A stretch of DNA of 64,000 nt from Gemmatimonas sp. GTDB lineage: Bacteria > Gemmatimonadota > Gemmatimonadetes > Gemmatimonadales > Gemmatimonadaceae. The notes beneath the pieces are model-generated. The model searched no databases. It saw only the letters and a program-made list of their open reading frames with translations, and had not been told where the DNA came from. Within the stretch, counting starts at the first letter, position 1; every line of letters starts with the position of its first letter. The DNA lies in the NCBI GenBank assembly GCA_031414535.1, contig JANNVQ010000034.1, forward strand, positions 1 through 64,000. Reading direction: 5' to 3'. The position numbers and the translations under genes are program-made. Positions 28,460-37,511 of this stretch are shown piece by piece.

Positions 28460-28594
28460 GGACGGAAGACGGATGATGGAAGCTAAAAACAAAGGCGAGA
28501 GCATTCGCTCCCGCCTTTGAATCTAGGTGCTCTACATGCTGTCGTGGTGCTCTCCGCTGGCTGCCTTGCCGCTTCCGTCATCCGTCTTCCGTCC
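28460..28594. repeat. 24-bp inverted heptamer arms flanking the def stop and terminator
   Basis: GGACGGAAGACGGATGATGGAAGC (28460-28483) versus GCTTCCGTCATCCGTCTTCCGTCC (28571-28594); 1 mismatch. Confidence 0.9.
28485..28518 (-). terminator. Intrinsic terminator after def
   Basis: Minus strand AAAGGCGGGAGC-GAAT-GCTCTCGCCTTT then GTTTTT; the single mismatch is a G-U pair on this strand. Confidence 0.75.
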
Positions 28595-29134
28595 GGGTCG
28601 AGGCTCATCCGTATCCCCTGGCTTCAACACCCGGAGCAGCTCCGGATACTTCAGCTTCTCCTCATCCCATTCCTTCAGCGCCTTGCGGCGATTTAAGAAG
28701 CTGAGATGGTCAATGAACAGCTTGCCATCCAAATGGTCAATCTCGTGCTGGATGCACACGGCGAGGAGCTCGCGACCCTCAAGTTCAAACGGCTGGCCAT
28801 CGACGCCAATCGCGCGAACCTTTACGTAGGCGGAGCGCTCCACCCATCCGAAGATTTCTGGGATGGAGAGGCAGCCTTCTTCCCAGCGGATCTTGCCCTC
28901 GCGGGCAATGATCTCAGGGTTGATCAACGCGGCGGACACGTCACCGACCTCCACCACGCAGAGGCGTTCGGTGCGCCCAACTTGCGGCGCGGCGAGGCCC
29001 ACGCCGTCGGCGGCGCGCATGGTCTCGAACATGTTCGCCACGAGCGTGCGCAATTCGTCTGTCACCTCGATCACCGGTGTGGTGACCTGGCGCAGGACAT
29101 TCGCCCCGAGAATGGTAATCGGCAGAACGGCCAT
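28532..29134 (-). CDS. def: Peptide deformylase
   Basis: GVGLAAPQ, EGCLS, QHEIDH. Confidence 0.96.
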   Translation of the reverse strand: MAVLPITILGANVLRQVTTPVIEVTDELRTLVANMFETMRAADGVGLAAPQVGRTERLCVVEVGDVSAALINPEIIAREGKIRWEEGCLSIPEIFGWVERSAYVKVRAIGVDGQPFELEGRELLAVCIQHEIDHLDGKLFIDHLSFLNRRKALKEWDEEKLKYPELLRVLKPGDTDEPRPGRKTDDGSGKAASGEHHDSM

Positions 29135-29140
29135 CGGAGC

Positions 29141-29488
29141 TTACGAAGCGGCTGGTTCGCTGCCGCCCACAGAGGCGATGCGATTGCGAACGACAACGAG
29201 CTTGGACTCGGCGCTCTTCACCGTGATGTGATCGGAGAGCGACGGCGTGCCGACGGTGGTCTCCTTGATGTGCACCACTTCGCCCACAATGCCGCCCGCG
29301 GTAACGATCTGATCGCCCTTCTTCATCGCGAGGATGGCGGCTTCGTGCGCCTTCCGCTGCTTCTGCTGCGGACGGATCATCAGGAAGTAGAAGATCGCGA
29401 AGATGGCGCCGATCTGGAACAGAAACGCGGCGATGTTCGTGCTACCGGCGCCGGGGGCGGCAGTTTGGAGGAAGAGCGAGATGGGCAT
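29141..29488 (-). CDS. yajC: Preprotein translocase subunit YajC
   Basis: FYFLMIRPQQKQRK, KGDQIVTAGGIVG. Confidence 0.93.
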   Translation of the reverse strand: MPISLFLQTAAPGAGSTNIAAFLFQIGAIFAIFYFLMIRPQQKQRKAHEAAILAMKKGDQIVTAGGIVGEVVHIKETTVGTPSLSDHITVKSAESKLVVVRNRIASVGGSEPAAS

Positions 29489-29492
29489 TTTT

Positions 29493-29513
29493 GACGGATG
29501 ACGGATGACGGAT
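29493..29513. repeat. Tandem heptamer (GACGGAT)3
   Basis: Perfect triplet 4 nt upstream of the yajC ATG. Confidence 0.92.
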
Positions 29514-29538
29514 GCGAACTACTCGGGGAGAAATCTAA

Positions 29539-30597
29539 CTACAGAATGAGCATGGCATCGCCGTAGGAGTAGAAGCGGTACTCCTCCCGGATGGCGGTCT
29601 CGTACGCTTCCATCATCAGCCCGTAGCCCGCGAAGGCCGCAACGAGCATGAGTAGGGTGGAGCGGGGCAGATGGAAGTTCGTCACGAGCGCGTCCGCGGA
29701 GTGCACCGTGGCCGGCGGGCGAATGAAGATTTTCGTCTCGGCGCTCCCTGAGGCGAATGTGCCATCGGGAAGCCAAGCACTTTCGAGCGTCCGGAGCGCG
29801 GTGGTGCCCACGGCGCAGATGCGCTTGCCGGCGCGGCGCGTCTCGGCGAGCAGCGCGGCGGTTTCCTCAGAAACGTCGTACCACTCTTCGTGCATTTCGT
29901 GCTGCGCGGGATCCTCGGCCTCGACTGGCTTGAAGGTCCCGGCACCCACGTGGAGCAGTACGTCGGCGCGTCGCACGCCCTGCGCACTCAGCGTGGCGAG
30001 TAGCTCTGGCGTGAAGTGCAGGCCAGCGGTTGGGGCAGCCACCGAGCCTTCTTGACGCGCGTACACCGTCTGGTAGCGCTCAAGATCCGTCGGCGCATCC
30101 GCGCGCTCGATGTACGGCGGGAGCGGCACGTGACCATGCACGGCAATCGCGGCGCGCTCGGCGTCGCGGTCCCCTGCCGCCGCGCCTTCTACCATGAGCC
30201 TCACCAGCCGCGTGCCACGCTCGGTGGGTTCACCCATCTCGGCGCCGAAGCCTGGCGAGAACGTGACGATGCGCCCAGGCTTCAGCTTGTTGCCCGGCTG
30301 GACCATGGCTTCCCACATTCCGCTTGGTTCTTCTCGAAGAAGCAGAACCTCCGCGGACGCGCCGGAATCGCGTGTGCCTAGGAGCCGAGCCTTGAAGACG
30401 CGCGTGGTGTTGAGGACCAGCGCATCGCCAGCCTCGAGGTACTGCGCGATATCCTTGAAGGCATGGTGCGAAATGCCGCCACTCGCGCGATCAACCACCA
30501 TCAAACGGCTTTCGTCGCGTCGCGCGCTGGGGGTTTGCGCGATGCGTTCGAGTGGTAGCGCGAAGTTGTAGTCGGAGGTCCGAAGGCCGCGAGTCAT
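29539..30597 (-). CDS. queA: S-adenosylmethionine:tRNA ribosyltransferase-isomerase
   Basis: PLPPYIER, YQTVYA, GSVAAPTAGLHFT, TNFHLPRS, YSYGDAM. Confidence 0.97.
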   Translation of the reverse strand: MTRGLRTSDYNFALPLERIAQTPSARRDESRLMVVDRASGGISHHAFKDIAQYLEAGDALVLNTTRVFKARLLGTRDSGASAEVLLLREEPSGMWEAMVQPGNKLKPGRIVTFSPGFGAEMGEPTERGTRLVRLMVEGAAAGDRDAERAAIAVHGHVPLPPYIERADAPTDLERYQTVYARQEGSVAAPTAGLHFTPELLATLSAQGVRRADVLLHVGAGTFKPVEAEDPAQHEMHEEWYDVSEETAALLAETRRAGKRICAVGTTALRTLESAWLPDGTFASGSAETKIFIRPPATVHSADALVTNFHLPRSTLLMLVAAFAGYGLMMEAYETAIREEYRFYSYGDAMLIL

Positions 30598-30645
30598 ATG
30601 GAGTGAACGCGCCTGTGTGGCCGATGGTGCGCAGGCGAGCGTGCG

Positions 30646-31677
30646 CTAGAAGAGCTCAGGCTGCGCGTCACTGGGACGATTCGGTGGCGGATAGCCTAGG
30701 TGCTTGTAGGCCTGCGTGCTGGCCACGCGTCCGCGCGGCGTGCGCTGCAGAAAGCCATGTTGCACAAGGAAAGGCTCGTACACTTCCTCGAGCGTGTCGG
30801 CATCTTCGCCCACGGCAGCGGCAATTGTGCTCACGCCGACAGGACCGCCGTCGAACTTCTCGATGATGGCGCGCAACACGCGCGTATCCATCTCGTCGAG
30901 TCCGAACTCATCCACGTCGAGCATGGCCAGCGCTTCACGAGCCACGGCGCGCGTGATGTGGCCATCGGCTTTTACTTGCGCATAATCACGCACACGACGC
31001 AGCAGACGGTTCGCCACACGTGGCGTGCCACGCGCACGGCGCGCGAGTTCCTTAGCTCCGTCCGCATCAACCGTGGAATTGATCACGACGGCCGTACGAT
31101 GCACAATCTCTTCAATCTCATCTGCCGGGTAGTAGTTGAGCCTGAGCTCAATACCAAAACGTGCCCGCAGCGGTGCGGTGAGCATTCCCAAGCGCGTCGT
31201 CGCGCCAATGAGCGTGAACCGCTCAATCGGCATCGTAATGGTCTGCGCCTTGGGGCCTTCGCTCAAGCGGATGTCAATCTTCGAGTCTTCCATGGCCGGG
31301 TACAGAAACTCATCAATCACCGGCTTCAGGCGATGGATCTCGTCAATGAACAGGATGTCGCCGGCGCGCAGGTTGGTGAGCGTGCCCACCAGATCGCCCG
31401 GCTTCTCCAGCGCTGGTCCGCTGGTCGTGTGAATGTTCACACCCATTTCGCGCGCGATTAGCTCCGCCAGCGTGGTCTTGCCCAGGCCAGGCGGGCCAAA
31501 TAGCAGGGTGTGATCAAGTGGTTCTTTACGCGCCGTGGCCGCATCAATGTAGATGCGCAGGGCATCCTTCACCTTCCCCTGGCCGATGAACTCCTCGAGC
31601 CGCTGGGGCCGCAGTGACAGCTCCACCACCGACTCATCGGTGAGGGCCTCCGGCGTGGTGATTTCGGTGCGCGACAT
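30646..31677 (-). CDS. ruvB: Holliday junction branch migration helicase
   Basis: [43 protein letters not shown]. Confidence 0.97.
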   Translation of the reverse strand: MSRTEITTPEALTDESVVELSLRPQRLEEFIGQGKVKDALRIYIDAATARKEPLDHTLLFGPPGLGKTTLAELIAREMGVNIHTTSGPALEKPGDLVGTLTNLRAGDILFIDEIHRLKPVIDEFLYPAMEDSKIDIRLSEGPKAQTITMPIERFTLIGATTRLGMLTAPLRARFGIELRLNYYPADEIEEIVHRTAVVINSTVDADGAKELARRARGTPRVANRLLRRVRDYAQVKADGHITRAVAREALAMLDVDEFGLDEMDTRVLRAIIEKFDGGPVGVSTIAAAVGEDADTLEEVYEPFLVQHGFLQRTPRGRVASTQAYKHLGYPPPNRPSDAQPELF

Positions 31678-31687
31678 AGCGAGGAAT

Positions 31688-32287
31688 CTACTTCGCGAGC
31701 GCCGCGAGTGATCGGCGAATCAGGTCCGCGGTGGTCTCACCCTTGGCGCCGCCATCCAATGACATGCGGACGGCACGCTCTGCATCGCTGGCCTGGTAGC
31801 CCAAGGCCACCAGCGCGCGCACGGCGTCGGCGCTCGGGCCGCCGCTCGGCAGTGCCTTGCCGGCACCCGCCGTCTCCACTGCGCCTTCGAGTTTGTCGCG
31901 CAGTTCCAGGATGAGGCGCTCGGCCAACTTCTTCCCCACCCGCGGCACACGAGTGAGTGTCGTGAGATCCTCCTCGCGGATGGCCCGCACGAGCCGCTCG
32001 CCGGTGAGCGTGCTCAGCAGGTTCATCGCGAGCGAAGGGCCGACGCCCGTGGTGCCAAGCAGCCGTAGGAACAGCTTGCGCTCATCGGCGCTGCTGAAGC
32101 CATAGAGGGTCGTCGCATCCTCGCGCACGACCATGGCCGTGTGAAGAGCAAGCTCGCCACCCATGCGAGGCAGCGACTCCAGCACGGCCAGCGGCACCAT
32201 CACCTCGTAGGTGACACCGCCCGCTGTGCGAAGCTCAATGCGATCGAGGCCCGAGGCCGCGAGCGTGCCATCTAAACGTGAGATCAT
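31688..32287 (-). CDS. ruvA: Holliday junction branch migration protein
   Basis: [35 protein letters not shown] overlap with ruvC. Confidence 0.95.
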   Translation of the reverse strand: MISRLDGTLAASGLDRIELRTAGGVTYEVMVPLAVLESLPRMGGELALHTAMVVREDATTLYGFSSADERKLFLRLLGTTGVGPSLAMNLLSTLTGERLVRAIREEDLTTLTRVPRVGKKLAERLILELRDKLEGAVETAGAGKALPSGGPSADAVRALVALGYQASDAERAVRMSLDGGAKGETTADLIRRSLAALAK

Positions 32288-32769
32288 CGCTTTCTCCAAG
32301 CAGCGCCGAGCCGCATCGCGCAGGTGAGCGCGGCAGCGACTCCGTCCGCGGCGTCGCTGGGTTGCGGCGGGCTTTTGAGTCTGAGTAGCGTGGCCACCAT
32401 CAACTGCACCTGGGTCTTGGTTGCGGCACCTGTGCCGACGACGGCCTTCTTGATCTCGGCCGGCGAATACTCATGAATCTCAACACCCAGCTCTTCGCCT
32501 GCGAGAAGAATGACACCTCGCGCGTGGCCCAGTACGAGGGTGGTGCGCACGTTCTTGGCGTAAAACGCGGATTCCACCGCCATCGCCTGCGGCATATGAC
32601 GCGCGAGCAATTCTCGCACGCCTTCGGAGATGTCGTGCAAGCGCTTGGGCAACGGAGCATCGGCCTTGGTGCGAATCACGCCGCATTCCACGAGCACCGG
32701 CGGAGATCCGGCACGCACTACACCATAGCCCGTCACCGCAGTGCCGGGGTCGATGCCGAGGATCAGCAT
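32284..32769 (-). CDS. ruvC: Crossover junction endodeoxyribonuclease
   Basis: ILGIDPG...TGYG, LGHARG, DAADG. Confidence 0.95.
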   Translation of the reverse strand: MLILGIDPGTAVTGYGVVRAGSPPVLVECGVIRTKADAPLPKRLHDISEGVRELLARHMPQAMAVESAFYAKNVRTTLVLGHARGVILLAGEELGVEIHEYSPAEIKKAVVGTGAATKTQVQLMVATLLRLKSPPQPSDAADGVAAALTCAMRLGAAWRKR

Positions 32770-32788
32770 CGCGCGCCGGCGTTCTTAG

Positions 32789-33529
32789 TCAAGCGGATAG
32801 CTCCGACATATCCATATCGAAGTTCGCGTCTACCTTCTGCACGTCATCGAGATCTTCAATGGCCTCGAGCAACTTGATGAGCGCGGTTGCGTTCTCACCC
32901 TCCACGCGAGTGCTGCTCTTCGGCACCCACGTGAGCACCGCTTCGGTGGCTGTCAGTCCCATCTTCTCGAGGGCTTCCTTCACGGCGTGCAAATCGGCGG
33001 GCGCGGTCGTGACAGTAAACTGCCCATCCGCAGCGCTGAAGTCCTCGGCGCCAGCGTCCAAGGCCTGCTCCATCACCGTGTCTTCGGTGCGGCCTTCAGC
33101 GGACAGATAAATCTCGCCCTTGCGGTCGAACATAAAGGCCACCGAGTTGACGGCGCCGAGGTTGCCACCGCCGCGCGAGAGTTTGGCACGAATATCGGCC
33201 ACCGTACGCGTTGGATTGTCGGTCAGCGCCTGAATCATCAGCGCCACGCCGCCGGGCCCGTAAGCCTCGTACACGGCCTCCACGTATTCCACGCCCTCGA
33301 GTTCGCCCGTGCCCTTCTTTACGGCGCGCTCAATGTTCTCCTTGGGGCAGGACTGTGCCTTGGCGTTTTCGATGGCCGTACGCAGACGCGGGTTGCCGTC
33401 CGGATCTCCACCACCAGCCTTTGCCGCCACCGTGATTTCGCGCAACAGCTTCGTGAACAGCGCACCACGCTTTTTATCGGTGGCGGCTTTGTAATGCTTG
33501 ATTTGCTTCCATTTACTGTGGCCAGCCAT
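32789..33529 (-). CDS. yebC: YebC/PmpR family protein
   Basis: MAGHSKW, NPRLR, YEAYGPGG, TDNPTRT, DDVQKV. Confidence 0.95.
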   Translation of the reverse strand: MAGHSKWKQIKHYKAATDKKRGALFTKLLREITVAAKAGGGDPDGNPRLRTAIENAKAQSCPKENIERAVKKGTGELEGVEYVEAVYEAYGPGGVALMIQALTDNPTRTVADIRAKLSRGGGNLGAVNSVAFMFDRKGEIYLSAEGRTEDTVMEQALDAGAEDFSAADGQFTVTTAPADLHAVKEALEKMGLTATEAVLTWVPKSSTRVEGENATALIKLLEAIEDLDDVQKVDANFDMDMSELSA

Positions 33530-33540
33530 TGGAAATGCTC

Positions 33541-33657
33541 AGGACGGATGACGGATGACGGATGCCAAATGGCGTGGGATACTCTGGAAATCTAACGGCC
33601 GCCGAGGCATCTGTGCCCCGGCGGCCGTTGCAGCATCCGTCATCCGTCTTCCGTCCT
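33541..33657. repeat. 25-bp inverted heptamer arms flanking a GC-rich hairpin
   Basis: AGGACGGATGACGGATGACGGATGC (33541-33565) versus GCATCCGTCATCCGTCTTCCGTCCT (33633-33657); 1 mismatch. Confidence 0.9.
33594..33629 (-). terminator. 16-bp GC-rich hairpin, likely terminator or processing stem
   Basis: Minus strand AACGGCCGCCGGGGCA-CAGA-TGCCTCGGCGGCCGTT (one G-U); weak U-tract. Confidence 0.55.
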
Positions 33658-34750
33658 AGTTGACCCGTAGCGTCAAACTCGCCCTGAGCCCACTCACCTT
33701 CGTCCCCGAGCCGTCTGCTACCGAGTACAGGTTGCCGAAGCTGTAGCCAACTTGGGGGAAGAGGCCGACCGATCCGATCGGTACTCGCACGCGGAGGCCG
33801 AGATTAATCAGGTTGCCGGCCCGCGCACCGCCCACCTGCCACAGGCGCGTTTCCAAGTTGGGTTGCACGATGAACTCGCCAAATGGAATGCTCACCGCGC
33901 CCGAAAGGTTGACCACGTTTTCCGCGGGAGCCGCTGCGCCGAGGATTTCACCCTCGAGTCGGTACAGGTTCCAGCCGCTGATAAAGACATCCGCACCCTT
34001 CACGGGGAAGTTCCATCCCATGGTCGCAATCAAGCGGTCGCCGGTGCTGTACGTCGTCGTGTCCGCGAGGTCCTCGCCGAAGATCGAGTAGGTCACACCG
34101 AGCGAGAGCGCACCATCGCCAACGGGGCGATCGGCATTGAGCGACACACGATACTCGTCGGCGGGAGTGAATCGGAAATCGTTTGAGGCGATGGTGAAGG
34201 CAGCGAACTCCGTTGATTTACGCGCGCTGCCGCCGAGGCCAAGGTTCCAATTGCCCACCGGGCGCGCATAGGCCACGCCGCCGGTCAACGCGAGGCCGTT
34301 GCCCATCGAGGAGATCGGATAGTACAGGAAGTCGTTGCCGATTTGGCCGGCAGCTTCCTGCTGATCCTCGGGGACGGAGTACTGCCCCGTCGGGAGGTTG
34401 ATACCGACGGTCAGCAGGACGTTATCGGAGCCGATGCGGTAGTTGGCGCGGATTTGCGTGTCGGTGAGTCCACTGATCTCGCTGGTGGTCGAATCATCGG
34501 TCTTGACGCTCGATGACGCAAAAGCGGTCGAGACGTCCATCGAGAACTTTTCACCAAAGGGCAACAACAGCACCACGGGCAGCGCGAGTTGCGAGACCGA
34601 GCGCGACGCGGCGCCCGATCCGAAGGTGAGCGTCGTGAAAGTCGGCGCCGTCAGCACCGATGCGGTTTGATACCACTGCGCGGCCAATGGGCTAGCGGGC
34701 AACGCAGCGAACGAGACGGCGAGCAAGCAACGTCCGAGGGTAGACCGCAT
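33656..34750 (-). CDS. Hypothetical outer membrane beta-barrel protein
   Basis: Signal peptide (LAA-Q); alternating amphipathic strands rich in G/S/T and aromatics. Confidence 0.7.
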   Translation of the reverse strand: MRSTLGRCLLAVSFAALPASPLAAQWYQTASVLTAPTFTTLTFGSGAASRSVSQLALPVVLLLPFGEKFSMDVSTAFASSSVKTDDSTTSEISGLTDTQIRANYRIGSDNVLLTVGINLPTGQYSVPEDQQEAAGQIGNDFLYYPISSMGNGLALTGGVAYARPVGNWNLGLGGSARKSTEFAAFTIASNDFRFTPADEYRVSLNADRPVGDGALSLGVTYSIFGEDLADTTTYSTGDRLIATMGWNFPVKGADVFISGWNLYRLEGEILGAAAPAENVVNLSGAVSIPFGEFIVQPNLETRLWQVGGARAGNLINLGLRVRVPIGSVGLFPQVGYSFGNLYSVADGSGTKVSGLRASLTLRVN

Positions 34751-34753
34751 CGG

Positions 34754-36094
34754 TTAAGGCTTCCGGATGATGATGACGACGGTGCCCACGCGCGTAGCTG
34801 GCTGGTCGGTGCCTCTGCCTTGGCTCGCAGGGTCCGTCGCCGGCGGCTGCGGTGGCGTCAGCGTCGGCGACGTGGTGTTGGAGATCGGAGTCACCGTGGG
34901 CGGATTCACGTTCTGCGAGACGGCATTCAGCGTGTTTGGTGCGGATGCCGGCGTCACGTTGCCGTTTGTCGCACTGCTGACGGTCTGACTTTCACTTCCG
35001 CTCAGGCCGCCTTCGATGCTGGCCGCCGACACCTCGGCTCCCAGCGCGGCCTGCTGAGCTGACTGCAAGCGCACCCCGGCCGCACCGAAGCCCGGATCTA
35101 ACGAACGCGCCTCCTGGAAGTAGCGCGCCGCATCTTCGAAGCGTCCGTCGTCAGCCGCTAAGAGGCCGCGGCTGTACGAGAGAAACGCGTTGAAGTTCGT
35201 GGTCGCCTGGCGGTCCACCAACTGGCGCTCGGCGGGGGTGAGCGTCACGCCGAGCTGCTCAAACACGCGGAACACGAGCTGCTTTTGCAGTACGAAGAAG
35301 TTGTCGAGCTGGTTCGTGACCGACACAGGCGCCACCAACTGCGAGGTCGCCACGTCAATCACGTTCGATTCCACCGTCAGCTGCTGGCCCGACTGCACCA
35401 GCGAGCCGCTCACGAGACGGCCGGCGCGGATGAGCTTGCCCGCCCGCACGGCGCTCGTCGCGTCGGTGCGATCGCTCTCGCCAAGGCGAATTTCATCGGC
35501 AATCGCCTGCATGCGGTCGCGTTCCACCACCGTGAGCTGTGCCGATCGCGAGAGGTCCGTGATCATCAGTTCGGCAAAACCGCGCTCCAAGGGAGCGAGC
35601 GTTGCGTTGTCCGGGCCGCTGAACTTGAAGGGCGGCACCGCAATCGTGCGTCGGTCACCGGGTGTCTGCGAGAGTGTGGCCTCGTTGGCTACGGCAAGCT
35701 TGGCCGCGGCCACGACTTCCACTCGGGCAAGCGCGACCAAGCGCCGCTGAATGTCCGTGCGCGTGCGCCGCGACCGGCCGTTGCGCAGGTAATCGTTGTA
35801 CGCAGCCTTGGCACCCGCGAAATCCTGCTGGCCCTCGGCAGCGAGCCCGGCGTAGAGCGAGCTCACACCGTCGCGAGGATCGAGTTGCCGCGCTTGGTCC
35901 AACACAGCGCGAGCGTCGGCAAAGCGATTCGCCTTGAAGTACGCCACGCCGAGCGCGCGCAGTGCCGCGACGCTACGCGGGTTGGCCGCACGCGTCGCCT
36001 CGAGCCGAGCCACAGGATCACGCCGCTGTGCCTCCGCGGCAGGAGCGGCGAGGGTCAGCAACAAGGCAGCAAACAAGAACCGAGAATGACGCAC
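34754..36094 (-). CDS. Exported TPR + CsgG/HfaB/FlgO-like domain protein
   Basis: AGGAG SD then GTG 36094; signal peptide AEA; TPR-like helices; IAVPPF...LSRSAQLTVVER...AGKL segment. Confidence 0.75.
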   Translation of the reverse strand: MRHSRFLFAALLLTLAAPAAEAQRRDPVARLEATRAANPRSVAALRALGVAYFKANRFADARAVLDQARQLDPRDGVSSLYAGLAAEGQQDFAGAKAAYNDYLRNGRSRRTRTDIQRRLVALARVEVVAAAKLAVANEATLSQTPGDRRTIAVPPFKFSGPDNATLAPLERGFAELMITDLSRSAQLTVVERDRMQAIADEIRLGESDRTDATSAVRAGKLIRAGRLVSGSLVQSGQQLTVESNVIDVATSQLVAPVSVTNQLDNFFVLQKQLVFRVFEQLGVTLTPAERQLVDRQATTNFNAFLSYSRGLLAADDGRFEDAARYFQEARSLDPGFGAAGVRLQSAQQAALGAEVSAASIEGGLSGSESQTVSSATNGNVTPASAPNTLNAVSQNVNPPTVTPISNTTSPTLTPPQPPATDPASQGRGTDQPATRVGTVVIIIRKP

Positions 36095-36102
36095 GATTAC
36101 TC

Positions 36103-36951
36103 CTAGCGGTCGGGGTCCAGCATGTCTTCGAATCGGAGCCACTGTTTGTAAAAATACAGGTCTACATACCCAATGGTGCCGTTGCGGTTCTTGCGCACCA
36201 ACAGTTCCGTTGCGCCCTCCACACCGTAGCCCGGGGCGTACATCTCCTCGCGGTAGATAGCGAGGACAACATCGGCGTGCTGTTTGACCGAACCGAGCGC
36301 ACCAAAATCTTCCAAGGTCGGTCGCGAGTCTTGGCGCGTGCGCTCCCACTTTGGGAGCTGCGCCGTCACGAGCACCGTCACGTCCATGTCGAGCGCCGCA
36401 GACTTGAGCGCGCGCACAGCCCGCGCAAGTAATTCATCCTGCTGGCCCTCGCCAATTGCCAGGGCCTGCAGCGAATCAACGACAATCACTTGGCACGCCA
36501 GCTCCCTGATTCGCGAACGCATCGCGTCCAGAGACGCCGTGGGCAGGTGTTCCACCTTTGGTGAGCGGTCACGCAAACGCACGGCAGCCGCACCGACGGT
36601 CGCCCGCGTCAGCTCATCCAACTTGCCGCTCCGAAGGTCGTCCACGCGCACCCGGCCCTCGAGCGCCAGGGCACGCTCCATCACGCGTTCGGCCGTCATC
36701 TCCCCCGTGAGAAATGCTACCGATGTTCCCTCTTGCGCCATCCGGACTGCCATCGCCAATCCAAGCGCTGACTTCCCAGATCCCACATCCCCACCGAGCA
36801 CCACGAGATCGCCGCGGCGCAGTCCGCCACCCAGCGAGCGATCGATGCTCGGAAAGCCCGTGCGAACCGAGTCCGTGGACGGTTGACCGTCCGAGGCAAG
36901 GTCCACTCGCCGCATCACGCGGGATATCGGGGAAATGTCGTTGGGGCGCAC
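36103..36951 (-). CDS. DnaB-like helicase, C-terminal ATPase domain only
   Basis: TGFPSIDRSLGGG, GDVGSGKS, TGEM, VVDSLQ, QHADVV...R, KNRNG; no N-terminal domain; GAGG SD before GTG 36951. Confidence 0.85.
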   Translation of the reverse strand: MRPNDISPISRVMRRVDLASDGQPSTDSVRTGFPSIDRSLGGGLRRGDLVVLGGDVGSGKSALGLAMAVRMAQEGTSVAFLTGEMTAERVMERALALEGRVRVDDLRSGKLDELTRATVGAAAVRLRDRSPKVEHLPTASLDAMRSRIRELACQVIVVDSLQALAIGEGQQDELLARAVRALKSAALDMDVTVLVTAQLPKWERTRQDSRPTLEDFGALGSVKQHADVVLAIYREEMYAPGYGVEGATELLVRKNRNGTIGYVDLYFYKQWLRFEDMLDPDR

Positions 36952-36996
36952 AGGAACCTCAGTTAATACAGAAGGGCAAACACCCAAACCTACGGC

Positions 36997-37422
36997 TCAG
37001 TCAGGGACCCCGGCAAGCACAATGGCATCCTGCCGAAGAAACTCCGCGAGGCGCGTCAACTCTGAACGTGCTACCCGGTCCAGGTGTGCCGCCGTGACGT
37101 CAGTCACCGCGGCCAGTGCTTCGGCCATGCCCACCCGGTCGCCCTGAGCAGAGACCACAATCGCGCGGAGGAGGGTGGTTCGGGTTTTTGCGGGTACCGT
37201 GAGCGCCGAAAGCCAACCCTTCATTTGCTCGGCTCGGGCGCGTCGCGTTTCTACCGGGAGCGGATGGGGAAGGCGCATGCCATCGGCGAGCCTCGCCACC
37301 ATCATCGCCCCAGCCAAGGCCTCGCGAACACCGCCCAAGGGCGCGCGCCCAGTGGCAGCCGCCAGCCCCGGGCAGGCGAAGAGCGCGCGCGGCGGTGCGA
37401 AGGGGGTTGGGGCGTCCACCAT
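36997..37422 (-). CDS. Hypothetical protein
   Basis: ORF fills the gap, co-oriented with the DnaB-like gene; CAAGTT plus 6 nt before the ATG. Confidence 0.65.
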   Translation of the reverse strand: MVDAPTPFAPPRALFACPGLAAATGRAPLGGVREALAGAMMVARLADGMRLPHPLPVETRRARAEQMKGWLSALTVPAKTRTTLLRAIVVSAQGDRVGMAEALAAVTDVTAAHLDRVARSELTRLAEFLRQDAIVLAGVPD

Positions 37423-37511
37423 GAACTCAACTTGCCGCTCTGTCCTCGCCCCGGGAAGGGGCTATCTTGCGTCCCTATGTTGCCAAAGCTCTCCCGAGAG
37501 GACTCGCGCTG

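Noticed and set aside
23729..33657. Heptamer loci as CRISPR arrays or IS/MITE ends
   Set aside because: No unique regularly sized spacers, no cas or transposase gene, and no target-site duplications seen; sequences between arms are unrelated
36956..36971. CTGTATTAACTGAGGT as a LexA SOS box before the DnaB-like gene
   Set aside because: Has the CTGT half but no ACAG at the N8 spacing
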